A stretch of 64,000 nucleotides of DNA from Raillietiella orientalis (Eukaryota): positions 7,254,001-7,318,000 of the forward strand of contig JAYWIR010000002.1 of NCBI GenBank assembly GCA_036172245.1, given 5' to 3'. A program made the position numbers and the translations under genes. Positions 22,049 to 34,796 of this stretch are shown in pieces; position 1 is the stretch's first letter; every line of letters begins with the position of its first letter. The notes beneath the pieces are model-generated. The model worked only from the letters and a program-made list of their open reading frames with translations, ran no database searches and was not told where the DNA came from.

Positions 22049-25000
22049 ATGAAGCAGATACAGGTAGATCTGATTTTTGAAAGTTGAGCTTTTTCGGAAG
22101 TGGCGATCCGGTTGGGATGCGTTCGCTTGGCCGGATGCGATCGGAGATGTTCCGAATGTGTTGTTGTTGTTGTTGTTGTTGTTGCTGTTGCTGTTGTTGC
22201 TGCTGTAACGGTTCTGTAACGTCACGGATTGTCGTTGTTGCTTTCGTGGTGGTGGTGTTCGAGTTGGCTCCGGTGTACATACGAGCAAGATGCACTCAGC
22301 CTGCATGACTCTTGCGCATTTGTTTTCTGTGATGTGCTGTTGAGATTCGTGCCGTCGCCGTCGGAGCAGAGGGGGAAACGCAAACGTTTCCTTTAGCAGC
22401 CGCAGTCAACCATCCCTGTTTTATGTTTCCGCAAGTCAGTCATCCGTAAGACTGCCGTGAGCTTCGGGCGAGGAGGTGAGGGGATAGGAGAAAGGGGGGA
22501 CCTTGTCGTTGGGGGCATCCGTCCCGCAATGGAGGAGTTTCGTGATAATCACGCCATTGTCCAAGATCCTGATCAAGTATGATTCCCGCGATGGAGCAGG
22601 AGAGGACCGGAAAGATTTCTGCGATCCTCCCCGAAAGCACGGCTCCTTCCTACGCAACCCTTGCCGATCCATCGCCTTTATTGACTGGTTAATTAGAACG
22701 CCAGGACTGTTTCCTGCCTCTCAGGAAGGAAGACGGACTCTTCCCCCTTCTCCGTTTCCCTTTCCGCTTCCCACCGAACACCATTCCTCCCCTCCCCCCT
22801 TTCCACTTCTTCTGTTTTTTTTTTTTTTTCTCTCCTGTGTGTGTGTGTGTGTTTTTCGCTGGAGAGTGTTTTGATGCGAGAGACCGTTCTCCTTGCAGGC
22901 GATCCCGTTCCTGATGCTCTGCTTCGAGTACTTCCACCCGGTGTTCTCTTACGGGAACGTGCCGAGGTCCAGGGGCGAAGCTGAGTCCTCATCCAGACAC
23001 CTCCAGCAGTACCACCAAGTCGCGCAGTACAAGCACCAAGGCCCGGAACGCAACCTCACGGGCTACGCGTCCTCCGAACCGCAAGGAGCAGGCGGAACCG
23101 AGCACCGGCGGCTCGAATCCCTTTATGCGGGAGACAGGAGAATCGGTTACGAGCAGGATGACGGAAGCCCCTACCAGCAGCCAGCACGCGGGGTCCTGCA
23201 GGAGGAGACGGACAAGGGGCAGTATTCGAGTAGTGGTCACTACGAAGGATACAAATCCGACTCCGGAAGACAACAGCAGCACGCCAGGTACCCACAGAAG
23301 CCTTCCTCCTCGCGTCCGCCGTACGAGAGACCGCTGGGATCCGACGGAGACTTCCAGAAGTACTCGGATTCGAAAGCGTACCCGCCAGCCGGCCCTACTG
23401 CCGAACGAACAAGACTCCAAAGCTCCCAGGGGTACGAAGACTCTCGTGCCGCCTACCCCGCCTTCTCCCAAGACCAGATCTACTCCCGTCCCAGCGCTGG
23501 AAGCGGGCTGCCCATAAGGAGCAAGGTGTACGGAGCCGGCCCGGGAGTACACTCCCGTAAGCAACAGCAGCAGCAACAGGAAAAGCACGGAGGCTTCAGC
23601 TACCGCGGCGCAGGCGGTTACGGAGCGCCGGCCGATCAGAGGCAGAAAGCGTTCCTCAGCAGCGAAGAGCGGGCGCCCGCCCACGCTTCCCTGAGGCCGC
23701 AGGACGCAAGCCTGATCGGTAAAACGAGGCCGCAGGGCTCGGCTCCCCGACAGGGATACGGCGGCGGAGGTGCATCGACCAGCTATGGTCGGGAGCACTA
23801 TGGAGCGTACCCTCAACACCCAGGCATCGACTCCAGGCATCAGGGACTGGCGCGCGTGGAGTCGGAAAGGGAGAAGAGCGGTTACAGGGAAGCGGATGCG
23901 GAGAAGTACGCGTCCCGGAAGACCATCTCTTCGAAGCCCTCGCCCTACCAGATGACAGAGTCCTCCTACCCTGCATCGTACGGCCGTGGTCCTCAGAGAA
24001 GACCTGACTTCCAAGAAGAGCGCTTCTCCAAGTCCTACGAGGTCTCCTCTTACGAGGAAAATGGAGGACCACAGCCTCTCGATGAGAGATACAGGGCCCA
24101 GCAGAGCTACAAATCCGCCAGCAGGACGACTTCACCCGTTTCTTCCGGTGTCCAATACCACCAGGTCCCTGAGCAGCACCCTTCCTCGCGGAGACCGTCC
24201 CAAGCTTCCTACGCGGACGAAGAGTACGCGGACAAGGCGTTCTCCAGGGAGGGAGAAGGAAGATACGTCGAGAGCAAACCCCACCATCCGGAAAGGAAGT
24301 ACCCTAGCGGCGGATCAAAGCAGCAGCAGCAGCAGTACGATCAGTCGGAATACGACAGAAGGGACGATGGAAGAGGAAGGTACCATTCCGCGGAGGGCAG
24401 GGTCTCTCAAGCAGGAGGTTACGGCAAGACCAGCAAGGAAAGCCAAGATTACAGACCGGAAGCCGTCTCCGGATACCAGGTCCACAGGGACAGGCTTTCC
24501 CGCCCGCTCGCGACGGGAACGGTCCCTCATTCCGAATACGGCAGGGACGAGTACGACTCCAGGTCGACGGAAAGGTACTACCCCTCCAAGAAGACCCAGG
24601 GCAGCCCGCAGCTTGGAGGTCCCGGATCAAGCTACGGGAAGGAAAGCACGGCTTACGAGAAGCCGCACCCGGCCTCGGACCACCCTCGTCTGGACAAGCT
24701 GAGACCCTCCGAGCACCGCGGAGGCGGTGGCGTCGCGCACAAGCAGCAGCTGTACGCCTCCAGAGTGCCTTCCGCCGATGCGTACGATCTTTCGAGACCA
24801 CAGGACCTCGGACCCAAGCAGCCTCCTAGAAGTCAAGGAAAATACGACGAGGGCGCGTTCCCGTCGGGAGCAGCGGCAGGGTTCGAGGACTCACAGAGCC
24901 ACGCCCGCCAGATCGGCTACGGCGCGCAGGACTCTAGGGCGCCCGCCCGCGGCAGGGTCCCCATCTCCCAAGAGCACTACCCAGGAGCTCAGCAGCACGC

Positions 25001-25358
25001 GGAGCAGGCTTACCTCTACGAGTCCGACGACTTCCGGCCATCCCGGCCACAGAGCGCCGCCTACGGTAGACCTAGGTCGGGGAGCTACCCTGCGCAAACC
25101 GCGAGCAAGGAAGCGGCATCCTACGCCAGAGATCAGCCCCAGCAAGGCAGGGTCCCCGCAGCGGGAGGCTACGAGGACGATTCGTGGAAAGACGGGCAGC
25201 CTCAACTCCAGTACACTTCAGAATCGTACAAGGAGGACAGGTTGAGGGAAACGTACGGCGGCGATTCCGGAAGGTACGATGATGACGCCTCGCAGAGAAG
25301 CGGCCAAGACAGAGCATTCCCAGGCGCCTACCCCGCCGCCGGGGAATCCAGTAAGAAG
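22049..25358 (+). CDS. Secreted Tyr/Gly/Ser/Gln/Arg-rich low-complexity protein; exons 22049-22063 and 22899-25358; C-terminus unresolved (stop at 25400 if unspliced)
   Basis: 2.5-kb ORF with strong codon bias (Tyr almost always TAC). Acceptor ttctccttgcag ends at 22898. Phase-0 micro-exon ATG AAG CAG ATA CAG|gtag gives the signal-peptide-like MKQIQAIPFLMLCFEYFHPVFS-YG. Possible donor AAG|gtacgg at 25359. Confidence 0.8.
22157..22206. repeat. (TGT)n/(TGC)n trinucleotide microsatellite in intron 1 of the secreted-protein gene
   Basis: Direct reading of the sequence. Confidence 0.9.
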
Positions 25359-28300
25359 GTACGGGACCTTTCTCCTCCGGCTGTTGCATTGAAGGCGTGA
25401 TTTTCAGCTTTCCGATTATTCTGGATCCAAGGCGGCTTCCGTGGCTCAAGGATACCAAAGAGATAGCGCGACTCGGAAAAGTGTTGCCAGTCCGTACGGT
25501 TAAAAAAGACGAGCTCCTGATCCGCATCACTGATCCTGCAACCCACCGGCACCATCAGTGAGCAGCGACACGCCTTTCGGATTTAACTTCAGCACTTCAC
25601 TACTACGAGAAAAATCTTCACCGCAACCAGTTTCATCATCACCGCCGAGCAATTTCATGCGTTTGTTGGTGTTGAATAAACCTTTCACGTTTCCCTACCG
25701 ACTTGTTCGTTTGCTCTTTCTGGCGCCGTAAAAGAGTGTGAGGGTTTTTGCGTGCGGCCTGCGTGCCATCGTGTGCAAGCGCGCCTCCCCATTACCAGCC
25801 GCAAGTCTCCGGGTCCGCTGAATCCCGCGGACTTGGGCCTTCCACCGGCTGCATCCGACGCGTGGAAGTTACACGGCGGGGGTTCGAAAGCTCCGCCGGC
25901 AAGACATTGGGCAGATGAAATTTCCGCAGCCGGCCGCAAAACGAAAGCGACAAACGGATGGGCAAACAACAGCGGCTGAACCGATTTGCTGATCTTCCAT
26001 GTGGCGGCCAACTTGGTTCTTCTTTCGCGTTCCCGGAAGAGCGGAGCAGAATCAGGGAGAAGGAGGGTTCGATGGACGGGAAGAGCTAAGCTTGAAAACG
26101 TTCACGCAACGCGATCCAGAATGCGGGGCCTCGGAGAATAAAGCAGGATTGCAGGATATTTTTTTCCCCCCACTCCGTTTGATGGCGAAACCACAGCTGG
26201 GCCGAACAGGCAAACCGAATTCGTGCAACGAAAGTGACTTCCCTTGCGCCAATTTTGGTTCCGCAGTGGGATTTGTTGATGGCGGTTCCCTTAAAAAGAG
26301 GCGATTCTTATGTCGACAAGATGAAACTTGTGCACAAGTTTAACGTTTCATGTCCTTCTTTAATCCCAGCATGAGGAAAATTCGACTGCAGAGAATTTTA
26401 AAACCCTTCGCTTACGCGCGCTGAGAGGCTTTCGTTTAACGAACAGTCCTGTACGGAAGATCAAAGCTCAGAATTTCCGATGGCTGTGGAAGAAAAGCTC
26501 ATGTGTTCCATAAGAGCAAGATGATTCAGGCAAAGAGAGCTCATAGGTGAGTTGCATCGATGACACAGGATCGATGCACTTTAAATGTGTACTCGATCGG
26601 ATGCGTTGTGCCTTCCAGACAGGTACCGCCTTGGGATGAACAGACATCCTGCGAGCTGAGAATTTTCCTTTTTTTTTCCTCGTTTGAAGGAGTGAAAAGG
26701 AGAATAATGTTACCGAATACTTCTACAATACTACCAACAGCATGTATACAGTCCTGTCGGCTTGTGATTGTAAGGTCTCCACTACGATGGATTTGAATAG
26801 AAAAGCTAAATAACGAATTTCGTCTCTGATCTTTTTTCCCCCGAGTACCATCGAAGTGGAATGAATGCACGTTCGGGAACGCAAGTGTTATGGAAAAAAT
26901 CCTCAAGGCATTGAAACACAAAGTGAGTGGCTTGATAAACAGTGGCTCTTGATAGCACGTTTCGAAGCATTTTCCATATTATAAGAAGAAGCCGTCGTGC
27001 ATTCGAAGCAGCTCTGCCGTTTATGGCATCCAAAGCGTGCCAAAATGTTGCATTTTGCAGAATAGTCGCGCGGGCTGACGGATCACAATTTATCGCTCTG
27101 GATGGTCAATTCTTCAAGAGTGCACGAGCAAAAAACCAGTCAAGCGAAGAAGAAGAAGAGGAAGAAGAAGAAGAAAAACATGAGGCAAAGGTTTGAAGTA
27201 TCGGTGCTTATTTTTCCCACCTACGTTTCACGCTTCCGCTTCCGAAAGAAAAAAAACGAAGAAAATATTCAGTTCAGTGTCATTCCAAATGCGTTTTCCT
27301 TCTTTTTTTTTTTCTTTCAAAAAAAAAAAAGGTGCTTTGCATTGAGGGGGCATCTTCCTGCAGCCACCTTTTCGTGAAGCGTGGCCAGCGCGGACCGCGG
27401 GCAACGAAAAAAACGTGTTGCAGATTGCAGAGCCCGGGTCCTTCCTTGTTGCGGAGTACCATCTGTTGAAAGCACACGTTTCCTAATATTCACAATGTGG
27501 CCACAACTTGGTCCAATTTAAAAATAAATCAAAGAACGATGAAGGGAAACAGAGAGCAGTTGGTGCACACTCAAGGACATCGCCGTACCACTCTGCAAAC
27601 ATTCCCTGGGTTTATGTACAGGGCACCGTCACGGAAACTGCTGTTGTCGTCATGTGCCCTCCCCCCCCCCCCCTTACTCAGAAAAGCGAGTTTCCCATAT
27701 GTTCACATTTAGCCTAATGATATTCAGTACTTTGTACGAAAACTCGGTAATTCTGCAATAAGCGAATGCCTCAGGTGGTTGTGGAAACACCAGTCCATCA
27801 ATGTGGCATTAATAGTCGCTCAGAAAGAAAGATTGGATCAGGTCTTTGCCTTTGGACTTGCCGTCGAAATGATGCAATGACCAGCGGTTCCTCAGCGGTG
27901 TCACGAAAATTCATGTTTATTTGAGAGGAAGTTTTTTGGGCTGCATTTCAAATGTACGAAAGCGAATTTTATGCTGGCGTTAATGTAACGTGATATGTAA
28001 ACGGCGTTTGCCATCTGAAATTTATCACCATAGTAAACACGTGATTCAATTGAGTGTATCTTACAGGTTAATAAATTTACGTAAACGGTACCGTATTGAT
28101 GGTGACCAAGTGATGATGCATTCTCTTCGACGTTTCCGTGAAGAGTTTTTCGATCCCGAGTGACCACTGCGTATGGCAAAATTTCAGTGTCTGTCTACAC
28201 ATACTTCAGCAATTGTGTACATACTTCTAGGTATTGTATATGCACGTTCGCGTTAATGTATCCTTTTACTCTTAACGAGACAGATTCTGCACACGTCCAC

Positions 28301-31300
28301 TGCCATTCCAACCGTAAATCTCAAAAGTGGGAAAGAGAGGGGAAAAAAAAAAAAAAAAACTTTCCCTGGGCGGAATACTTGCATGAATTTTTCAGAGTTG
28401 TTTTTTGTGAAATCTCGTTTTCAGCTTCGTCCTGTGAGATGCCACAACTTATTGCGTCTTCAATAAACATCGAAATCATTTCTCACGAATGAAATAATAA
28501 CATGTGAAAAAAAATCTACAGGAACGGTGACGTTACGAATAAGGAAGGTGCATTGATAGCTGTGAAGAAACAGAGGTGTTCCAAAATGCGAGGTGAAATT
28601 CATGTAGATGACATCCCCATAAGAAGGGATGCAGGTTGCATAAGGAAACAAACTGTCTACGGAATGAGAGTCAAAGGAACTTTTTTCCTTGTTTTTTTTT
28701 TCCTTTTTTCCTCCCGTTTTACAGCACGGCTGTAGCTCCGTAGGTGTGAGAAGGTGGGATGATCTACAGGTGGTCAGGAAAGCGATGGAAAGCAAGAGAT
28801 TGAATTTGTTTCTACAAGATGAAACTCATGGGAGTACACTGTGCTAATGAAATGCATCGAATCATAGCGTCTTAGTGATTGGGAGTGCACGCAGTGCACC
28901 CCGCGGTTGCTTGTTACCATGTCCTGTTTCCAGTTGTCACTCATTCCCTGTTTTGGAACATTCCCTGTCTTTCATTCCAGCCTCTTCCCGTTCATCTTGC
29001 AAGGTTTGGTTCGGGCTCTGCGTTTGGATCGCACAGGACAGCACGAGCGAACTTGGAGCAGCTGTGAGGCCATCAGAGCAAATTTGAGTTCCCTTGTGCA
29101 AATTTCGTCCAGCATCCCTGATTTTTGGAGAAGAATGATGCTGTAGAGCGAAGAGGCAGCAAGCACAGGAAAAGCAAAGGTGGAGATCGATGTGAGAAAA
29201 ATGCAATTTTGAAAAAAAACTTTGGAGGAAAAGCGTGGTGCCCTCCCAGTAATTTTGCATCTCGGGCGAACTTGCAGACTTCGACGTCAAAATGCTCACC
29301 GCTCCAATTTCCTAATGGTCCTGCGAAACTCTATCGGCAAAGTTGGTGTTTGAAAAATGTACTCCTTGATAAAAGCTGCAACGTTTCGCATGCCAGCCAT
29401 TATAGTTTTCGGTAGTTATTTCTCTTTTGATACCATGAAAAATACTCAAGTGGTTATTACGACGGATAGCCAAGTGAGAAAGACACACGAAGCATTTGAA
29501 AGTCACTTCACTTTCGCCACTCCGGATCGAGGTTTTGAACGCCAGACCGACTCCAGTCGGAACGACAGAGTCTTTCCTGAAAATTTTTGCAAAATTTATT
29601 GTGCTGCAGCAGAAAGTGTGTCTCGATTTCTCGTTCTCACGAGAATCAGAATGGCGGTCGTAAGGCGGAAGATGGAAATGATTGATGAATACGGCACGAG
29701 TTGCGCGCCGAAATTGTCAAATGTCCTTGTAAAGCGGGAAAGGAGCACATTTCCACTCCGAGAGAATCCGAGCTTGCCTTATTTCATATAGTAATTACGA
29801 TGTGCACATTTGTTGAGTTCCCATTTGATCCTGAGGAATCGGCAACACCGCGGTCCCAGGTCTTCCGCCCGGCAAGGACTTTTCTTCGCCTGCCTCGAGC
29901 GCTCGTGTTCTTTTGATACTCTGATGGAATCCCTGTATAAATGTAAATGGCTGGTCGGCAGCTGCAAATGATTGGGAGTTTCAACTCGAGAATTATGTCC
30001 GGCATACGATCCAAGGACGTTGCATCGGGTCCGAGAGTATTACGTGGAATCTGTGCGGAAGAATTTGCAATTCACCATGAAACGACCGTTCTTTGATTGA
30101 GCGTCATGACGGAGATCTCGTTTCACCAAGCTGTGCAGTCAAGCACCTGAAGATCAAACAAAACCCTTTCGTTCCTTCAGTGGGATCGACTTCATTTTGA
30201 CGGGACTCGATTCAAAGAGTCGGAACGAGAGCGTGCAAGTCGGTTATGTGCATTTCATGCATTCTCTTCTCTTTCCGACGACTCCTTTGATCTCCTCTGC
30301 ACGCTTAAAAATGCCCGTAAGCATGTTGCTCTCCTCCATTGAGAGTACCTGGCATTTCAGCTTTGCGTATCCCGATGTCGAGCACTACATCTACTTACAA
30401 AGAACTATTTACCTTTTCATAGATGGTCATCTTGGCTGACCAGCTGGATGACGGCTCGAATTTGGCACGCAACACGATGTGTTCCCAGGGGTGAAAAGGC
30501 AAATGGTAACGAGCGAACGACATTTGCATGATGGACAGGACTGGGACGTTTCAGGACTTGTCCTGAGACGTCCCAGATTCGTTCACGCCTGTGTTTCCGT
30601 TGTGCACCACTTTCCAGATGAAATGAGTGCACACCTCTCTGACTTGGCAAGAAGTAGCGTTGAAGGTGTGCGAGATTCAACAGGAGCACCTCAGCGATGC
30701 TCATCTGTCCTCAAAGTGCGTGTAAACACATATGCGTTCCCTTTGGAACTAAAAATCCATGAATGCTGGATTTCTTTAGACATGCGATCAATCATCTCGC
30801 TTGGTAATGCTTGGAGAAAAAGGTATTGTGAAAAGCAAGCACTTCAAGGCGATAGATTTTTCATAACAGGTAAGTAGATGGAAAAATTAGAAATTTTGAA
30901 AACTTGGGATTTTCATTAGAAAACTGTTCCTTTCCCTCATGTTGTGTATTCTCTTACCATTTGCTGCTTCTTTACTCCAGATGAAATGCACTGCAATTAT
31001 TGAATGAGTTTTTATGATAACTAACCAAATGAAAGTGGGCAACATGAGCATCGAATGCTTCATATGGAACTTCATCGTTCTATATTTTCGAGTTTGAGGC
31101 ACATCAAAGGAGATTTTAGGCATGGATAACCCAGTCGCTTCCGAATCCATTGAAGAATATCATGTTGTTCACAACTCAAAGAGGAAACTTCTCAGAACAA
31201 ATGCTTCCTCGAAGCTGCTTTCCAAGACTTGCTCTGTCTGTGACTTTCTGGTACTTATTTCAGGAGCCAAACACGCGCTGGATATGCTATGGAGGATAAT

Positions 31301-31307
31301 TACGAAA

Positions 31308-32908
31308 TCACTCAGGCACTGCATTGGAAATGAGCTTGGACTTCCTAGTGGCATTTTTTATTTCCTGAAACAAAAACAAAAAGCAATCAGCCATGAATCA
31401 GGAATATTGACATGTTTGGTTCGAGTGCTATCAACTTTTCCTGCAAGTAAGGCAGATAATTTTCACCAGTTAAAGGGAAAGACAGGTGGTTTCCAGCCCT
31501 GTGATCCGGAATTCCACTCCCCATTCCAACTCGCCCCTTGATCACAAAATGGGAGGGCCACGTTGTACCGTCTCCCCGGTATCGTGGTGCATCTCATTAA
31601 AATGATTGTGGAATATCTGACTTCGAAACTACGCTAAGATCGAGCAGTTTCCCTATAGTTCTGATATCCAATTGGATATGCATTTGACGTGCAATCCTCA
31701 CGCAGCTAATTGATGTAGGTTCATGACTTAGCTTTTTGCATAGGTAATGTATTCACTGTAATGAAGGCAAGTGGGATTACATGCTGTGAATGAGAGCAGC
31801 AGCCGAAATGATCTTTACCGGAATGAGTGAAAGTTACGGTAGAGGTTTTAATTCCTCACTTCATTGCCATTTGCTGATATCCCGAGCCCAATTCACTTAT
31901 CTCTGAGTAATTAAAAATGTCACAGGCGGAATAAAATGAATGAGAAATTAAGATGCCAAAAGATACTCACCACTTCGAATTCAATACCCTGATATATATA
32001 CATGCACAGTACAAAAATAAGGTACAAACAGAGCGTGGCAACAATAAATTTAAGTAATCTCTTCCAAAATTCTTCATGAATAGTTGGTGGTTGCAGCTGA
32101 GGCTCTTGAGTAGGACGGGAAGGAGGCTGAGTTCTGGGATCTTGCCTCATAATTGTTTGCAATGTTTGGATGCTGCTGCCTTTATCTGATTAACAGTGGC
32201 TCCGAAAATTTAATGCTTCGTCAAATAACACGGTAACCCTTTAATTTGAAATGATACCTTCATGAGAAGGGAACAATTCTGGTTGCTTAGTACCAGTAAA
32301 AGTGGTACGAGCATAATTGGAATTTCGAAATAAGCACATGTGGTTTACCTACATACGCTTACATGCTGCTGTGCTCACATCTATGCATATACGCATATTC
32401 TTGAAGTTGATATTCGTCAATTACAAGAAATATTTAAATACATAAAACTCTTAGAAGGGCATTCTAAAAAGCCAATGTGTGTGCCTCAGATGCAGAATAT
32501 CATTGTCTTTATTTTCCGATTCTAGGCCTCTTTTGCAAAATTCTTCTGCCAAGCCTTCAACTTGGTTAGCATCAGATTTACCTAACCAGAGAGGAAAGGT
32601 TTTTTTAAAACTTTACTTTAGCGCACTGTCACGTGAATAACCTATATTAAAGAAAGCGAGTAACGTGTAAAGACATCCTATCTTTTTGCTCTGTTCCTCA
32701 TCATGGTCACCAGGTATACGCTTCAACTACTCGTATATCACAGTAGCCCTATAAATCCATTTTTATTGCAGACTTGCAATCGGTAAAGTTCTTTTCTCTC
32801 CTGGAGAGTTGTGCTTGTGTTTTGAAGATCGTGTTCAGTATAGGAAATCAGAAACTTGGGACAGCATTTAGGGTGCTCATATTTATAATTACCCAAAAGA
32901 GGCAGCAT
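31308..32908 (-). CDS. Putative orphan spliced gene with a C-terminal transmembrane helix; blocks 32908-32774/32726-32642/32581-32451 and 32348-32258/32185-31971/31364-31308
   Basis: Four GT-AG introns (47, 60, 72, 606 bp) join in frame. Hydrophobic stretch LLKFIVATLCLYLIFVLCMYIY. The junction between the two blocks could not be resolved because there is an in-frame stop at 32451. Confidence 0.4.
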
Positions 32909-34796
32909 GTAATATAAAACTTGCTGTTTTATCTCAAGACCAGCGTTTTTTTTTAAAAAAAAAAATCAGCGTGCCTGTATACTGAATAGCAAAAATAAAC
33001 GAAACTCTAAGTATCATTCTTAAAACCCATTTCTTCTGAAAATGATAGTCATGATTTTGAACAAAGATAACTTTAAAATCAGAGGTTGCTCAAAATCCAA
33101 TACTTGTGAAACTCACGATGCTTTTGTTTCTAATTGCTGCTTCCGATACAATTAAGTTGCAAATATCGATGAGTGCCTGCATCTTTGAGTTCCAATAAAT
33201 ATGCTGCAATTCCGAATTCTTTTTCTTCTAGAATGATTCTGGTCTTAATCTTTGAGATTGCTTTTCTCATTTCCTTCAAAAATACCCTGCAAATTTTTCA
33301 GTTCTATCTCAAATGTTCTTAGTTCCCTCCAAGCAGCTCTTTAGTGCATGTCCTGTAAATATTGTTACTTCGTAAACCTTTGGTCAGAATTTTGAAACAT
33401 TTTTCTTATCAATCTAAGCGAAATCTTGAAAAAGTTTTGCGATGTTTTATATTCATATTTCCATCTTTAGAGTTACGGAGTTTTTCCTAAACTAAGGAAG
33501 TCTAGTCGCTTGCTATTTACAGAGAAAATTTCAGGTTTGGATTACATTTGACTTCAACGATTGCCCAGTTTTTGTGAAGTTGAACTATGGGTGATTGTCA
33601 CCGGGTAGTCACTTACTTTTTGAGAAACATTTTTCTCTGATTATCACAAGTTACTAATGTAAACTCAAAGGCTAATTTGTTCTCCGTTATTCTCGAAAAT
33701 ATTAGATTGTTACTGTTTCCTTTTTTTTTTTGCATCTTTGTTTCTCAATCAAAACATTTAATCAAACATATTACTTGTCCGTTTCTTCACCTGAAAAGAG
33801 TATCAAATTTAAAATGCAAATGTATCATGGCACTTGAAGTTCTTCCACTAATTTGTATTTTTAAACATAAAGGAATTAAATAGTGGATCTATGATAATTC
33901 AGGAATCACCTAATATGTGTCGAATGATTGAAATTTCCCTACTTTAAGTCTCCTTAATGGGTATTTTGATCTTTTCTTTCGCTCTAAATACGAAATATTA
34001 AATACGAAACGGATGTCGAAAAATTTCAACACAAAATATGGAAGAAAAATGCACCAAAATATAATGAAACTAAATCTTAAAAAAGGCGTTTTCCGACTCA
34101 ACCAGACGGGATTTCTCTTTATCAAGAAAACTGAAACGTTTATTACAAAAAAAATAACCAATAACACATTTTATTCAGAAAACCAAAATAAATTATGTGC
34201 TTTCTTTTACAAATGAGTTTTATCACATTTCTAATCTTTGTGTTATTGGTCTGATTTTTTTTTCATCTGTGGTCTCTGTCAATTCTCATCTCCCTGTTTC
34301 TAGTCATGTTCCTCATTTTCATGCTTTTCAAGTTTCATTGAGAAGACGCTAAATTTTTCATGAAGCTCTATATCTTTTCGGAAAAATTTTCGTGATTGAA
34401 TTTCTCATGTGTACTTCTTTGATAATGTAATCCATTTTGTCGTTTTATCTATTTTATTTTTGTCAATAAGTCGAAATAAAACGGAGCCTATAGTGGTGTG
34501 GTATTCCTGGTAAAATTTCAATTTTTGGATTGAATTTGCATCAAGAAATTCCCTATAGCTTATCATTTTTGCCCTTAAATAGTATTACGCGGTTCAGTAT
34601 ATAATATACAATGGTTCAATTTGTATTTGAAATTTGCATTTATTTTTAATGCCAATCTTAGCTTAGGAATCACAGAACTCAATGAGTAAAGAGTAGAATA
34701 TGAAGTAAATGTTGCAAAACAGAATAATGAGTGAAGTCTGTTGATATCAAATAAAGATCGTGTTTTTCTTTACTAGCAATTGAATATTTTGCAAAC

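Noticed and set aside
21923..22308. PolyQ, polyN and polyC ORFs
   Set aside because: Translations of an intronic trinucleotide microsatellite.
25400..31300. Downstream exons of the secreted-protein gene
   Set aside because: Several AG sites (e.g. 28980, 29003, 30180) exist, but none gives a convincing coding continuation.
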